The notes under the pieces are model-generated. The model was given only the letters and a program-made list of their open reading frames with translations, was not told the DNA's origin and ran no database searches. A stretch of DNA of 64,000 nt from NCBI RefSeq assembly GCF_000143415.4, contig NW_003314312.1:129261-193260 (forward strand). The letters run 5' to 3'. The stretch is from Selaginella moellendorffii (taxonomy: Eukaryota > Plantae > Lycopodiophyta). Shown here in pieces: positions 36,394-48,769 of the stretch. Each line of letters begins with the position of its first letter. Positions within the stretch are counted from its first letter, which is position 1. The translations under genes were made by a program, and so were the position numbers.

Positions 36394-37974
36394 ATGCCAG
36401 ATCAGATCCTAGCATCCTGGAATTCCTTGCTGACAAACATGGCATCTTGTTCCTCTTTCGATGACACAAAGAGGGTGTTTGATTCCATGAAGAGAAAGAA
36501 TCTTTTCTCTTGGACGGTGATGCTAACGGGATATGCCCGAACTGGGGATCTGGAGGGCATGAACGCTTTGTTTGGTGCTATGCCCGAGAGGAATCTCATG
36601 TCATGGACGGTCGCAATTAGTGGGTTTGGTTCCAACGGCAAGATCCAGCATGCAAAGAGTCTGTTCGACTCGATGCTAGAGTGGAATCTCGTCGCCATGA
36701 ATGCGATGCTCGCGGCATTTGTCCAGGAGGGCTATCTCCAAGAGGCCAAATCCTTTTTCGATCGGATGCCTGAGACGAATCTAATTTCCTCGACAATGTT
36801 GCTGCGAGCTTACGCTCAAGAATCACAAATCCTCGAGGCAAACCGCTTGTTTGATTCAATGCTGGAGAAGAATCTCGTCACCTGGACAACGATGGTAGCC
36901 GCATTTGGCCAGGATCCTCTTCTTCTGGGTGAAACAAGAGATCTCTTTGATCGGATGCCGGAGCACAACATTGTGTCATGGACAGTGATGCTGACGTCAT
37001 ACGGTCGCGCTGGCCACGTCACCCAAGCACAGGGCATCTTTCATCAAATGCCTGGACGAGACCTGACAGCATGGAATGCCATGCTGGCAGCATTCGCCCA
37101 AGATGGGCAAATCTTACACGTAATTAACTTGTTTGGGCAAATGCCTGTGCATGACGTAGGATCCATGTCAGTCATGGTAGACACTCTGGCACGGTGTGGG
37201 AAGCTTGAGGAAGCAAAGGAAATATTTGATCAGGTCCGCAGCTGGTGCATCTCCTCTTGGACGTCGATGATCTTTGCATATACCTCCTTCGGGTATTTTG
37301 AAGAAGCAGAGGCTTTATTTCATACAATGCCCGAAGTAGATACCATAGCCCAAAACGCATTTATTTCATCTTTAGCACTTAATCGTAAACTTGCTAGTGC
37401 AGTTGGTGTTTTTCACAGGGCTAACCAGAGAGACGTAACAACTTGGAACATCGTTCTTTCTGCATTTGCCCGCGATGGTCATCTGCAAGAAGCGGAAAAA
37501 GTCTTCCGATCGATGCCGGAGCGCGATTTCGTGAGCTGGAATTCAGTGCTGGCGGCATTTGCGGGGCAAGGCAAGCCAGCCCAAGCGATCGGATTCTTCT
37601 TCGAGCTTCAGCAGCAGTGGATCCCCAGCGCAATCAGCGTTGCTTGCTTCTTGGTTGCCTGCGGCCGGGCGGGGAACTGCGTACTGGGCATCTCTTGCTT
37701 CAGATCCATGGCATGGGACTTCGGATTGGAGGCAACCAAGCAGCACTACAGCTGCGTGATCGATCTCCTGTGCCGGGCAGTCGTTTTGGCGAATGCCCAA
37801 GCCGTGATTGCTGAAATGCCCAGCGTTCCTGATCTTGTAGATTGGCATTGCATGCTCGCGTTTTGTTCCAGTGACAAAAACGTTGAGCAAGGAAGAGTGT
37901 GTGCCATGTCTGTTCTTGAGATGGAACCAAACAACGCTGCTGCTTACGTCTCGTTGTCACAAACATTGATCTAA
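36394..37974 (+). CDS. PLS-class pentatricopeptide repeat protein with E-type C-terminal extension (526 aa)
   Basis: Intact single-exon ORF with ~31-aa repeats (..F..MPERN..SW..M...), KQHYSCVIDLL and an E-motif-like MP..PD...W / EP.NAAAYVSLS. No DYW domain. Confidence 0.9.
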   Translation: MPDQILASWNSLLTNMASCSSFDDTKRVFDSMKRKNLFSWTVMLTGYARTGDLEGMNALFGAMPERNLMSWTVAISGFGSNGKIQHAKSLFDSMLEWNLVAMNAMLAAFVQEGYLQEAKSFFDRMPETNLISSTMLLRAYAQESQILEANRLFDSMLEKNLVTWTTMVAAFGQDPLLLGETRDLFDRMPEHNIVSWTVMLTSYGRAGHVTQAQGIFHQMPGRDLTAWNAMLAAFAQDGQILHVINLFGQMPVHDVGSMSVMVDTLARCGKLEEAKEIFDQVRSWCISSWTSMIFAYTSFGYFEEAEALFHTMPEVDTIAQNAFISSLALNRKLASAVGVFHRANQRDVTTWNIVLSAFARDGHLQEAEKVFRSMPERDFVSWNSVLAAFAGQGKPAQAIGFFFELQQQWIPSAISVACFLVACGRAGNCVLGISCFRSMAWDFGLEATKQHYSCVIDLLCRAVVLANAQAVIAEMPSVPDLVDWHCMLAFCSSDKNVEQGRVCAMSVLEMEPNNAAAYVSLSQTLI

Positions 37975-38174
37975 ACTCCCCGCCACGATTTGAAATTAGG
38001 GTGTAATTTTTAAAGCCCTAATTCTGATGTGGCGCGCATTTATTGGTAGTGGGAATGGATGCACCAATTGGCTTACTCTTACTTTGGAAGGAACCCTAGA
38101 AAGGGATTCTCCACGATGCTAGCACCGAGGCGATAGCGCGGCGCCTGGGCCTTGATTCCTGCCCTCCTCCAACG

Positions 38175-41112
38175 ATGATCGTGAGATTCAAGCCCCTGGT
38201 AGGCGATTCGCGACAATGCAGCACCAAAATCCTCACCGCCTCGCTGAAATCGCTGCTCCGGTTCTGCGAGGGCAAGAGCACGCACTGCCGATCGCTGCCA
38301 TGGCGGATGCCGTCTGGAAGCCTCATAATCTCCAGCCGGGGCAAGAATCTAAGCGGCCATTCGACGCCCGCGATCTTGATCAAGCGCAGGAATTTCGAGA
38401 GTGGGAGTAGCAGCGGCGATTCGTCATCGTCGATCAAAACGGAGACGCGGTGCCCGTCCTGCGATGCCAAGATCTCGATTCCTGTCTCGTCCGGATCCTC
38501 GTCGTCGGCAACGTATCTCCACGATATCTTCGGCAAGCGCGGCTACTCCTTCGAGCAGGCTTGCCCTCACTGCGGGGCAATGTGTTCCATCGGGCCACTG
38601 GAATTCGCGGCCGGATGTGCGCAAGATCCCAGGAGCAGCAAGGAGAAGGAGCAAGAACAATCTTCTCCTTCTCGTCCTTCCTCCTCCGTGGACGATCAGC
38701 TCCGCGGCTGGGTGAGGAAGATGATCAACAATGCATTGCTGGAGAAGGTGTCGTCGTCATCGCCATCGTCTTCTTCTTCGTCGGCTTCCGGTGGTGGTAA
38801 GAATGACGGTGGAAGGGACTCCAGGGAAGGCTCCGGGGGCATGATTCCTGTGGAGCCACCGTCACCTCCCATTCCACCAGACACCCACGTCACGCGCTCA
38901 CTCAAGAAATCGTCCAAGCACAACTCTGGATCGAGCTACTCGCTGGGTGACACGAGCCGGAGATGGGGTGGTTCCAATCTCGGGAGGAATTTGCCTTCTC
39001 CTCGTGAGATCTCCGAGGAGCTTGACAAGTTCGTCATCGGCCAGGACCGAGCCAAAAAGGTGTGATGGTGCTCGTGTTCTTGCTTTTATCTTACGTTTGG
39101 TTGTTCTTCTCTTCCAGGTGTTGTCTGTGGCAGTCTATAATCACTACAAACGGATTTACTTTGAGAGTTTAAGAAATGAAGCTGCCAAAGCCGCTTCTAT
39201 GGGAGAGTACGCAACATTTTTTCTATTCCTATACCAACAAGTGCTTGCATCGTTTTTCAGATCAGAGGAATTTGATGAGAGCGTAGTGTCGAATGCCAAT
39301 GCGTCTGGAGACGATGAAGTTGAGCTTGAGAAGAGCAATGTGCTGTTGCTCGGTCCTACTGGCTCTGGTACCGATGCTTTACACAAGATTCCATGCAAGC
39401 TCACCTTGATTTTTTGCAGGGAAGACATTGTTAGCTAAGTGCTTGGCAAAGTTTGTGAATGTTCCCTTCATAATTGCAGATGCTACGACGCTCACACAGG
39501 CAAGATTCAATCAACAAATTTTCTAAGATGCAAGTAAGGAAATTTTGTTTGAGCTTGGTTCGTTATAAAGTATTGGCTCCTTAGGCAGGATATGTTGGAG
39601 AAGACGTGGAATCTATCCTTCATAAACTTCTTGTGGTATGTTTGGGATACTATTACCTGGTCCTAAGCTTTTTGTCTTTCACTAGGCGGCCGAGTTCAAC
39701 GTAAATGCAGCTCAGCAAGGAATAGTCTACATTGACGAAGTCGACAAAATTACCAAAAAGGTATGATCAAAATCCATTTTTCTTTCTTTCTTTCGGCCTG
39801 ACTTTTCTCCAGTGCAGTCAGAAAGCCTCAACATTGGAAGGGACGTGAGCGGTGAAGGTGTTCAACAAGCACTGCTCAAAATTTTGGAAGGAACTGTAAG
39901 GAGCTGAAATTCTATTCTCATTGCAAAGGCTTCTGGGGTAATCAACTCGTTCAGTGAGTGTGTACAGATTGTTAACGTCCCTGAGAAAGGAGCTAGAAAG
40001 CATCCTCGTAGCGATCACACCCAGGTTTGCTGTGGGGTTCTATCTTTCAGCTTTGATTTATTTAACCATGCCTACTTTCAGATTGATACGAAAGAAATCC
40101 TTTTTATATGCGGGGGAGCTTTCGTGGATCTGGAGAAAACGATTGCAGAGAGGTTAGCGGTTGCAAAGACTTTAGTTATCGTTTTTATCTAAAGCAATAT
40201 CCCAGGAGACAAGATTCGTCCATCGGTTTTGGGGCACCAGTGCGAGCCAATATAAGAAACAACGGTGGTACAACCAGTGCGACGGTTGCTTCATCATTGC
40301 TTGAAAAGGTTCGCTTTACGGCTTTAATATTTAGAGATCTCTCTTTTCTCTTGAGCAGGTCGAGAGCAGTGATCTCATTTCATATGGATTGATACCAGAG
40401 TTTATTGGACGCTTTCCGGTGATTGTGAGCCTTTCCGCTTTGAACGAGGATCAACTTGTCCAGGTTAGTTAAATGAATTATACTTTACAGCATTCTTTTT
40501 CCTACCTTTGCAAGCGGGCAGGTTCTCATGACGCCTAAGAACGCATTGGGCAAACAGTACACCAAGCTCTTTGCAATGAACGACGTAAGAGATGTCTCAA
40601 AAATTTCCTCCTCCATGTGCCGATCCGCTTTCTTTCTCTGTTAAGGTGAAACTTCACATTACCACTTTAGGACTGAGAAGGATCGCTCAAAAGGCCATGG
40701 TCAAAAACACAGGTGCCCGTGGCTTGCGTTCTATCCTGGAGCAGCTCCTCACGGAGGCAATGTTCGTTGTGAGTCGCAAACTTTTTCTTCGAATTGGAAA
40801 TTCATACTGACTTTGTTATTGCAAGGTTCCCGACGGCGATATTGGAGCTGCCAAGATTGATGGAGTGGTGATTGACGGTGCTGCCGTTGGCACACCGGAT
40901 GGCCAACCAGGTGCCGCCAAGATTCTTCGCGGAGACAACGCGCTCGAGATGTTTGTAGCCAAGCACCTAGAAAACGAAGAAAAGGTCGGAAGCTCTCAAA
41001 ACTTTTACGTTTTCTCATCTCATCTCCTCATTGACAGAGATTTCACGAGAAGAAATCCAGAGACTCTGGAGCAGCATTGGTGGTGGTAGCCGGAGGGAAC
41101 AGGCATTGTTGA
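38175..41112 (+). CDS. CLPX: ATP-dependent Clp protease ATP-binding subunit ClpX, mitochondrial-type, multi-exon
   Basis: Exons encode [21 protein letters not shown], Walker [20 protein letters not shown], Walker [34 protein letters not shown] and [11 protein letters not shown]. There are two N-terminal CxxC pairs. The last-exon end is approximate. Confidence 0.9.
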
Positions 41113-41491
41113 AGACTTTTTCACCTTTTATTTTTATTACAACAAGCTTTAAGGGAAAAACGTAGTGTTTTTTTTCCTTTTGGTTCTTCTGTACAGAATA
41201 AATGGGTGGCTTTGACGGACCAAAATAAACAAAACGGATTGTTAGCTAGCGACGAAGCTTTACACTGAAAAACCTGTCGTCGTGCCGTGTCGGATCATCG
41301 ACTCTAAATCTCGTAGAAAACCTTGGCCTTCACATCACGATTGAAAGAATAAAATCCTTTCGGTCACAGCCTGGATTAGACAAAATCTTTTCAAAGCCAC
41401 GTAAAGAGAAGAGAGTAAACGTACCCGGAAGTAGTAGTAGAAGCCAGGAAGAAATCCATCTCTCCTGCTTTTGCTTGAAAGAGATGTAACT

Positions 41492-44366
41492 TCACACAGA
41501 CCTCACTTCACCACCGCCTGGCCTTTGCTTGTCCGCCGAGAAATCGCGTGACTTCTCGTACACGTCGCCAAAGGGGAGATCAAACTGGCCGCCACCATCG
41601 TTGTCAGCGTGCGTGCTCGTGAAAGAACTCCGTGACGGTCTTCGCAGCCAGTCACTGTCCTGGTCCTCCTCACTCTCGCTGTCCTGCGGTAAGGTTGCTC
41701 CCCGAAACACTGGAGGCTGGAAGATGCTCTCCCCGTTCATGGCCGAGCCACCAGCTCGCCGTGCCCACCATCGACTCTCGGTAGCAGCCCGGTCGCTTGT
41801 AGTCGCCTTTACCAGATTCCTGCCAGCTTCAGCATATCGCTGCAGCTCTCCGGTATTGCTTTCGCCACCACTCTCACGTTCAACCTGTTCGCTCATTGGT
41901 ATCCCGATCTCGTAGCCTTGCACGGACTTGGACGTGTAGTACTGGTCGAGCCAGTACATCTGATCCACCTGGACTAAGTTGCTGTTGGACAGTAGGACGA
42001 AGTCGTTTCTCGTGCTCTGCCTCATGCTCGCGCGGAGAAGTGGATGCCGAGAACTCATGCCGTCCCTGAAGATTCCTGTCTGGTGCAGGATGGTGGATGA
42101 CAATGAAGGGATCGACATTGGGTGCGTTGCGGGATCTTCGTGGCGCATTCGGAACTGAGCAAGAAGATTTAGGAACTGTTTTCCTTTGGCGTCGGGTTCC
42201 CAGTTTGGATAGTTGCTCTTGAAGCTGCAGCACGCAGTTAGCACGTAACTGATAAAAGTGATGTTTCGGTTACCTTAGAAACGATTTTTCCATCTTTCCT
42301 TGGTTGCTCCTTCGGTCTTTGGCTGTAAAACACGGGGAACCATACTTCATGTTCCCGTGGTGCTCAAAATCAAATACGGCAAGGCTGCAAACATCGCCTA
42401 CGCCAGATAAATTGACAGTGAAGTCCTGAACAAACTGCAGCACATCATCGACACACTGCACACGGAGAGCTAACATCAATGCACGATAAACATGCCATAT
42501 AGAAGTACCTCTGGGAGGAGAACAATAAGGATAAAAGGCGTGACAAATATTGAAATCATTTCCTCCAGCAGCATCACACCCGTATACTGAAAAGACGTTA
42601 GGAATTAGCCTAGACCGATTCATGAGCTTAGCCTCCACAAACCTGAAATAATTTTTCAAATTCCAGCCGTATTCTGATCGTATACTCGGCTCCCCTCCAA
42701 TGTTTTGGCATGTAATGCGTATGCTGTGCTACATATCTCATGAAGCCTTCTGGATCAAAGACTTGGTTTTCGTCGGCTGTGCATTGCTTGCTGATTGCAG
42801 TTATAGTGCCGAAAACAGCGGCCATCCATAACAAGTTGCGCCCAAAGAGCTAAGAGCAAAAATAAAGAGTCAAAACTTATTCAAATTAGAGCACATTCTT
42901 ACCTGAGCTTCAAGGAGAGATTCATCCAAAAACGCGATAATAATTAGCACGGCTGCTAGTCCGCCGGAGACAAAAGACACGAACTTTGCAACCTTTGAAA
43001 CAATTGGAGACGGAAACTGTTTAACGTACTCGACTGCCGGTTTGTAGCTCGCATTAAGCCTTTGATTAAACATATGCTCCAGCTGCGTGCAGCACACACC
43101 ACGTTTAAGATCGTTGAGCATTTAGAAACAAAGAAGTTTACCTCGTTGAATTCACGGAATGTCCACTTTGCTAAGTTGGACCACCGGCGAGAGACAGCAG
43201 AGCTTGGGTGATTGTAAAACTGCTCGGCATGCCTCAGGAAGAAGAATACCAGCATAAATATTATCAAGAAGGGAGACAACAAGAGCATGCACAGCCCGAA
43301 TGTTCTCAAGCGCTTCTTTAACCGATGAGGACTGTTAAGAAAGTCTCTTTGAATGGAGAAGCGCCTGAAAGAACGGGAACATTGTGATTAACAGACCCAC
43401 ACTGAACACTTCGTTTTACCTGTCAAACATATACTGAAGTATGCACCAGTTTAGACTCCACTCGAGGGTCTTACTGAGAAACAGCCGCTTCCGCACACCC
43501 TGAGGACCACGGGCAACAGTCAGCCCGACTCCCGGCACCCAGTGTGGAAGAGGAAGCGCAAAAACGCCCTTGTTCACCATCCCAATCAGATAATTCTCCT
43601 TTCGCATGATGCGCATCACAATGTCGTGAGCCGAGAGATGCCGAACTATACACAGCCTCTGCTGCACAATTCTCTCCAGAACCACCGGCCACAAGGTGGT
43701 CTGTATCTCGTGTTCCGTAAGGCACAAACTGCAAGAATACAAGCAAACAAGTGAATCCACAGTAGAGTTTGCAATGATAGAGACAGACCTTGTGTGGTAA
43801 AAGTCCCGGATCTCCAGAGTTTCCTTGAGCTGTGTGAAGAACCTCAGGAAACAAAAGATCCAGTAGAGCGAGAACAGAACCAAGTACGTGACGACCATAA
43901 ACCTGTAGAACGTGAGAGGCTGTAGCGGATGCTCGTAGAGCGCCTCCTTTGACAAGTCGCAAGGAGCAGTCCCAGCTTCCGCCGCAGCAATCCCACACTT
44001 GGCAGTCCGGAGGCCATGCCAGTTGACGAAGAGCAAGAAAAACCCCGAGAACAAGATGGTGAAGGCCAGGCACAGCAGCTCCAGAACCCACTGCGTGACA
44101 ATGCACCAGAACCCCTGCTCGCGATGGTACTCATAGAGCCGCACGAAGAAACGATCCAAGTCCGAGACCGCATCAAACTTGAGGCTCTCCTCCTTCATAA
44201 AATCCACCGGACTGGAAGAATCATCGCCGGGTGGCGGTGCCGGCGGCGCCCCTGGCAACTGTTGGTAATCGTTAAGCTCCACGTCTCCTTGCCTCTCCAC
44301 CATGAATCCTCCGTGAATTCCTTCATTTCTATGCATACTACGCCCTGTGCTAATCACCTCGTACAT
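41492..44366 (-). CDS. ATG9: Autophagy-related protein 9, multi-exon
   Basis: Motifs DLDRFFVRLYEY..GFWCI, HDIVMRIMRKENYLIG, SRRWS..AKW.FREFNE, QHTHYMP, GVGDVCSLA.FDF and GKMEKSFL. Start codon is uncertain (44366, 44336 or 44303). Confidence 0.93.
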
Positions 44367-44710
44367 ATTTCTCCTTCATCCATCCCATTCCTTTGTTTCC
44401 TCCGCGCTAGCCTCTTCTCCTCCCTGTGGCATCCAGCGAGCAATCGGCGGCCATGGCGGAGGAGCGGCGACGACGATTCCCGGCCCTCTCTCCAAAAACC
44501 CTAACCTTTTGGCGAGCGCAGACACAACCTGGCGGTGATCCAGCCGGTGGCGCGTCTATCGATCGGCGGCGGCGCCGCTTCCTTCCCTCAAACCGGCGCT
44601 CGAGGCGACGATTGAGCGCAATGCCTACACGCGACGACAAGCATCAAGAGAAAAAGAGGTATAGAATTTAAGAATTAGACGGAAAACCATTTTGGTTAAA
44701 CACAACCCCC

Positions 44711-44752
44711 ACGCGCTTACGTGTCGCGTGCCCTAACAACGTGGTACGTGGC
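44711..44752. promoter_or_regulatory. Cluster of ACGT-core ABRE/G-box-like motifs upstream of ATG9
   Basis: ACGCG (44711), ACGTGTC (44719-44725), ACGTGG (44739-44744) and TACGTGGC (44745-44752). Confidence 0.45.
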
Positions 44753-44835
44753 GTGCCATAATTGGCGGCCACCCAAAGCCTCCGCCACAGGAATCGAACT
44801 CCCGCCCTCCACGAAAACTCTTAACTCAAGTCAGC

Positions 44836-47034
44836 TTAAATAACCACGGAGTTTGGAATGACCGCGTCTTTTATCACTGTCACGATCCCACAATTGATGA
44901 AGAAACCGTCGGTTTCTCTGGCGGCTTCCTGGACACCATCTTTGTTTATGATCTGCAAAAACGACGAGCAAACACAGATTTTTTTCTCTTCCTTGAAACA
45001 TCAAAGACAACGAGATCTTGCCTGAACGTTTTGTCCAATTCGCGCGTTCTTGTCCACAATTGCTCGCCTCACCACACTGCCTTTGCCGATGCCAACGGGG
45101 ACTCCTCCTTTTAGTAGAAGAGCGTCTCTTTCCTCGTCAGTCTAGAGAGAAGCATCGTCAGAAGAAAGAAAAACTATAAAGAAAAAAAGATTGCAACACC
45201 TCATAGAGGAACAAACTATAAAGAAAGAAAGATTGACACACCTCATAGAAGTCGGCACCCATGAGCAGTGCGTCTTCCACCAGCGCATCCTCTGCTATCC
45301 AGGACCTCAATCCAATCACCGAGTGGTGGATCTTACAGCTCTGCGTCGCGTTCGTTAAAGCTTCTCTTCTTTGCCGCATTTGAAAAAACAAACCTTGATG
45401 AGGCAGCCTTCGCCGATCACACTGTCAGTCACGTCCGCATCGATGAGTTTCGAGGGAGGTAAAAACCGTGCTTGAGTGTAGATCGGAGCCGATCTATCAT
45501 AGAAGCTGGAGCAAGACGAAAGAAAAGTTAGCAGAATGAGCACTCACGACAACAAGCTTCTAGTACCTGAAGTTTGGAACGGGCTTCTTTGTGAATCCTA
45601 AGTTGGCATGGTAAAATGCCTCTATAGTCCCTATGTCTTCCCAGTATCCATCATACAAATACGCTTGCACCTGCGACGAACAGAGCATTGTTTAAGTCAC
45701 GTTCGTTTCGATCCCTTCAGAGCAAAAACAAACCTTCATGCCAAGCTGTGTGGCGCCAGGAATCACTTCACTTCCAAAATCGTTGCAGTTAGGAAATTCA
45801 TCACGAAGAAGCCTGCTCATGACATCCTTACTCACCACATAAATACCCATGCTTGCAATGTAAGGCATCTCTTTAGCTCTTTCCGGATCCAGACCAAGAA
45901 TTGTCGTGTCCACCTGCAAGAGCAGCATAGCATTATTGTTTCGATTCTAGTCAGCGCAAACAAACGACAATAAATATACCTCCATAGCCTTGAGAGCACT
46001 TCCTTTCGGCTTCTCAGAAAACTCTGTGATCCGGCCTTCGTCATCAATCTTCATCAAGCCAAAGGCAGTCGCGCGCTTCTCGTCCATAGGCAATGCAGCC
46101 ACCGTGATGTCTGCATCGGTGATCCGGTGAGCTTGAATGAACTTCTGGTAGTCCATGCGATAGAGATGATCTCCAGCCAGAATCAAATACTCCATCACAG
46201 GCTGCTCTTCAAAAAGCCACATATATTGTCTCACAGCATCAGCGGTTCCCTACAAAAAACAATTTCAGCTGGAACTGCGAGAACTTAAAAACTTTGAGAA
46301 CAATTACCTGAAACCAGTTAGGATTCTCGGGACTTTGTTGAGCAGCGAGAACCTCCACGAATCCTTCGTTCTTGTAGTTTCCCATGTTACTGGAATAAGC
46401 TCGCGATAAGTGACGGTTCAACGATGCCGAGTTGAACTGCGTGAGAACATAGATCTTCCTGATGTTGCTGTTGATGCAGTTACTCACGGGGATATCGATG
46501 AGACGATAGTTTGCACCCAGTGGCACCGCTGGCTTTGCCCTCTTTTTCGTGAGTGGATAAAGCCGTGTCCCGGCTCCTCCACCAAGAATGATCCCCAAAA
46601 CGCTCTAGAAGAAGAAAACCACTTCAGTGAGAATGGTTTCTAGCATCAGAGAAAAGAATGCATGATCCGGACTTCTACGGCCCTTATCTCCGCTAGATTG
46701 TGCATGGCCGAACCAAACGAGCAAGAAAAGCAAAGCAAGGTAAAAAACCCACAATGCAGCAATGCGTGAAAGAGCAAGCACTCACCACTCCAGCGTCGGG
46801 CTTCAAGCAGATCTCCTCCTCCATGGAATCCGACACCGCCTTCACCACCAAAGCTCCGGGCTGCATCGCCGGCCTCAATGCGGCGGGCGAGGTTCTCGTC
46901 AGACCTGAGGTACTGGCGATTGAGGCCGAGAAACCCAAGCAATTCCTCGTCGTCGCCCCCATCGATCTCGATCGCGCGTGGCAGCTCGCCGCCGTAGAGG
47001 GCAGCAGTGGAGATCTTGCCGAGGCGGTGGCCAT
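44836..47034 (-). CDS. APS1: ADP-glucose pyrophosphorylase small subunit, plastidial, multi-exon
   Basis: Transit-peptide-like N-terminus, the small-subunit Cys motif (ICLKPDA), [58 protein letters not shown] and [11 protein letters not shown]. Ends ..[10 protein letters not shown]. Confidence 0.94.
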
Positions 47035-47290
47035 AGCTCGCAACCTCCCTCACAAGAAGAAGAAGAGGTCCTTCGCAGTATCCTGCTCGTGTGCTAAAGT
47101 GCTCCAAAATGAAGACATGTGGTTCATAGAGGAGTATCGGAATATTCCCAACCACCTCATATTCTGTAGTGCAAGTCCGTACGCACCACCTGGCAACGTC
47201 GCGTCCGTTCGTACACCTGGCCATTTCTGCCCTAATTTTTCTCCCCGGCAGTGGGAAGAACAGAGCAGCCGCTATGAGGAACAGTGACCG

Positions 47291-48556
47291 ATGGTGAGCG
47301 AGGCGATTCCCAGCGATGGTGAAGAAAGATCGCAGCAAGAAGCGGCGGCCGTGGAAGGAGAGGCGTCCTGCAGCTATAATCTCGTGAAGAAGATGAAGAA
47401 GCTGGATCGAGAATCCCTGAAAACCCCAATCCCCGGCGGAGAGGAAGAGGAGGACGATGACGATCAATTCATGGATCCAGCATTGTGGGGATGCCTCCCG
47501 GAGGATCTCCACGACAGAATCCTGGCCCGGCTCCCAATCCCCAGCTTCTTCCGGCTCCGCATCGTCTGCTCGCGCTGGCAATCCCTCCTCTCCTCCCCGA
47601 CATTCCTGGGGCACTGCGCCGCCAAGAATCACCAATCCTGGCTCCTCATGTTCGCGGACGTCCACTACAAGCTCGTCTTCGTCTACATCCCGGACGAAGA
47701 TCGCTGGCTCCATTTCCCCCTCTCCTTCCTCCCCTCCAACATCTACTACATCACCGGCGCCGGCGGATTGCTGTGCTTCCGCCTCGTCGAGGCAAACGGC
47801 GCCTCGAGCATGTGTGTGTGCAATCCAATCACGCGATCCTGGCGCCGCTTGCCGCCGCTGCTGGGAGATTTCTACGCGGGGCTTGTCGGCATGGTCGCCG
47901 AGAGCGAGGACCCTAGAACCCTAAAATCCGGGCGATACCGCATTGTCGTACGGACAAAGCCGCCCGGATCGGACGACTTCGATTTCACCAACCTGCGTAC
48001 GGAGGTGTACGATTCGGCCAGTGGGCACTGGTCAATTAGTGGCGTACCGGAGGACGACCTCACCATGGGCAAGGCGGTGTGTAACGGCGTCCTCTATTTC
48101 ATGACGTGGGAAGCGCGAAACGGGGTATATGCTTTCCTCGTGGACCAGGGAATCTGGATCAACATTAACGCGCCGTGGCCCTATTTCTTTACGTGCCCCC
48201 ATTTGGTGGAATGCGCGGGCGCGCTCTTCATGGTGGGCGGGTTTGGCAAGCAGCATGTTTCCACGGTGGGGATTAGGGTTTGGCAGCTTAGGGCGGAGGC
48301 GATGGAGTGGGAGCTCATCGATTCCATGCCCAGCCGCCTCTTCGACGAGTTTCTCACCAAGCCGGGAGGGATGTACTTCGATTGCGCGGGCAATGGCGGG
48401 TGCGTCTACTTCATCAATTACGAGAAGCCGCCAATGCTCATCGTGTTTGATGTGGTGCGATGCCTGTGGAGGAAGCTGGGATCGCCGGCGCCCAATGTGT
48501 TGCACAAGATGTTCCTTTGTTTCTCCTTCACACCCCAGCTCGGCTGCCCGATTTGA
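47291..48556 (+). CDS. F-box / kelch-like beta-propeller protein (421 aa, intronless)
   Basis: F-box motif LWGCLPEDLHDRILARLP..FFRLRIVCSRW, followed by GGLLC..VCNPITRSWRRLP, EVYDS...W and GVLYF. Confidence 0.9.
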   Translation: MVSEAIPSDGEERSQQEAAAVEGEASCSYNLVKKMKKLDRESLKTPIPGGEEEEDDDDQFMDPALWGCLPEDLHDRILARLPIPSFFRLRIVCSRWQSLLSSPTFLGHCAAKNHQSWLLMFADVHYKLVFVYIPDEDRWLHFPLSFLPSNIYYITGAGGLLCFRLVEANGASSMCVCNPITRSWRRLPPLLGDFYAGLVGMVAESEDPRTLKSGRYRIVVRTKPPGSDDFDFTNLRTEVYDSASGHWSISGVPEDDLTMGKAVCNGVLYFMTWEARNGVYAFLVDQGIWININAPWPYFFTCPHLVECAGALFMVGGFGKQHVSTVGIRVWQLRAEAMEWELIDSMPSRLFDEFLTKPGGMYFDCAGNGGCVYFINYEKPPMLIVFDVVRCLWRKLGSPAPNVLHKMFLCFSFTPQLGCPI

Positions 48557-48769
48557 TCGGTCCGGTCCAGTCTCATTTTTTTAAAATGGGTGTTTGGCGC
48601 CAAAGTTCTCGGGCGCCCGATATGGCCCATTTTAAGTTGTGGACCACAGTTCTGGCCATCAATCGAGCTTGCGACTTCCCTCTAAAAGTATTATGGCAAT
48701 GGCGTCGATTTCTTGGGCTACATTATTTCACTCCTCTATTGTTTGTTTCGATTTTCATTGAGCTTTTGT

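Noticed and set aside
46646-47713. 355-aa minus-strand and 195-aa plus-strand ORFs across the AGPase/F-box junction
   Set aside because: They are antisense or out-of-frame shadows of real genes with no recognisable motifs.
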